From a virus (Duplodnaviria > Caudoviricetes), in IMG/VR virus record IMGVR_UViG_3300014208_000026, positions 128,001-192,000 of that record: a stretch of 64,000 nucleotides of DNA. One strand, 5' to 3'. The notes below the pieces were generated by a model. It did not search any database. It was not told the origin of the DNA and saw only the letters and a list, made by a program, of their open reading frames with translations. The translations under genes were made by a program, and so were the position numbers. This document shows positions 63,320-64,000 of the stretch, one piece after another (position 1 is the stretch's first letter; each line of letters begins with the position of its first letter).

Positions 63320-64000
63320 ATGGGAACTTTTGGGGCAATCAGTACGTTCCGAGTTGGATACTGGAAAGGCATTCGCGGGTTTCTTCTTGGAGAACGCAGG
63401 GACGTGATCCGTCGAATTGCTGTGATCGATGCGGAACTGGCTCGAATCGGCAAGGTGCATGTTCAGTACAAAAAGACCGAGGTAGACGGGGAGGTTCGGG
63501 CCACTGAGGAACGCACCGCAATGTTTGTCGACGCAGGCACCTCTCTGGAAAGACTCATGCAGGCGTACATTGCTCAGGGCGGGAATCCCTTCGATATCTC
63601 CCACTTCTTTATGCCTGACGAGACCATGGCAGTCGGGCAAGATTCCGCAGGGAATACCATTCTGGCCGATGCTTTCCCTTATGGGGGTGTGGCTGCTCCG
63701 CAAAATGCAGAGTACAACGAGCCGCTAACCTACGACGGGTACAAGGGCGGGTATCTGCCTATGCACAAGTATCCTCCGAATCGGACAGGGGACAGGACGG
63801 ATCGAAGCTCAGCGGCGGAGCCGGTGACGGCTTTGATGATTGAAGCTCGACGTTGGGTTGGGCAGGAGATTTCGGAGAAGCTCCACAACCTCGAAGCCCG
63901 CATCATCAAGTTGTGTGACCTTCGGGAGCAACTGGAAAAGGAAAAGGAACTCCTGAAGGCTATGCACGGAGGCACGCTGTCTAGTCTGCCCGAGACCTAT
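63320..64000 (+). CDS. Hypothetical protein, truncated by the window end
   Basis: Read manually from ATG 63320: MGTFGAISTFRVGYWKGIRGFLLGERRDVIRRIAVIDAELARIG...; no stop seen. Confidence 0.75.
   Translation, partial: MGTFGAISTFRVGYWKGIRGFLLGERRDVIRRIAVIDAELARIGKVHVQYKKTEVDGEVRATEERTAMFVDAGTSLERLMQAYIAQGGNPFDISHFFMPDETMAVGQDSAGNTILADAFPYGGVAAPQNAEYNEPLTYDGYKGGYLPMHKYPPNRTGDRTDRSSAAEPVTALMIEARRWVGQEISEKLHNLEARIIKLCDLREQLEKEKELLKAMHGGTLSSLPETY

Noticed and set aside
1-64000. Genome-wide amber (TAG) recoding
   Set aside because: Very long ORFs (1822 and 3443 aa) are uninterrupted under the standard code, and TAG ends several well-defined genes
1-64000. tRNA/rRNA genes, introns, intact inteins, reverse transcriptase/DGR, integrase or transposase
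   Set aside because: No supporting motifs found by eye; a tRNAscan/Infernal/HMM run would be needed for certainty
14764-64000. Bacterial extracellular contractile injection system or T6SS instead of a phage
   Set aside because: A long tape measure, homing endonucleases, phage-type accessory genes, a putative late promoter and the absence of host housekeeping genes favour a phage, although capsid and terminase genes are not in the window

Overview
This window is part of a large, tailed (contractile, myovirus-type, probably jumbo) bacteriophage genome. It uses the standard genetic code and I found no tRNA, rRNA or CRISPR array. The plus strand carries a morphogenesis module: neck/head-tail joining genes at 14.7-18 kb, a 1822-aa tail sheath, tail tube, chaperones, tape measure, baseplate hub and spike, and a 3443-aa baseplate/fibre protein that extends the module to the right edge. 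Two accessory regions, mostly on the minus strand (about 0-13.2 kb and 24-32.4 kb), encode an M16 peptidase, PncC (NMN deamidase), a RelA/SpoT-type HD hydrolase, a T4 Rnl1-like RNA ligase, a DNA adenine methyltransferase, DUF932 and DUF4258 proteins, several nucleases and many small paralogous ORFs. Four candidate promoter classes can be read from the sequence: canonical sigma70 (3 copies), a 38-bp six-copy motif heading the minus-strand accessory operons, GGTATAGTAG (5 copies), and a late motif CTAT-N11-TARTAG. The two strongest leads are (i) a putative capsid-loading polyprotein system, in which unlinked late genes share a promoter/RBS block, a 26-aa N-terminal leader and K-(T/K)-A module boundaries, and one cargo domain also occurs leaderless in an accessory gene; and (ii) the cassette-like organisation of accessory operons behind the identical 38-bp motif. 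All functional calls come from motifs recognised by eye; no database search was run.
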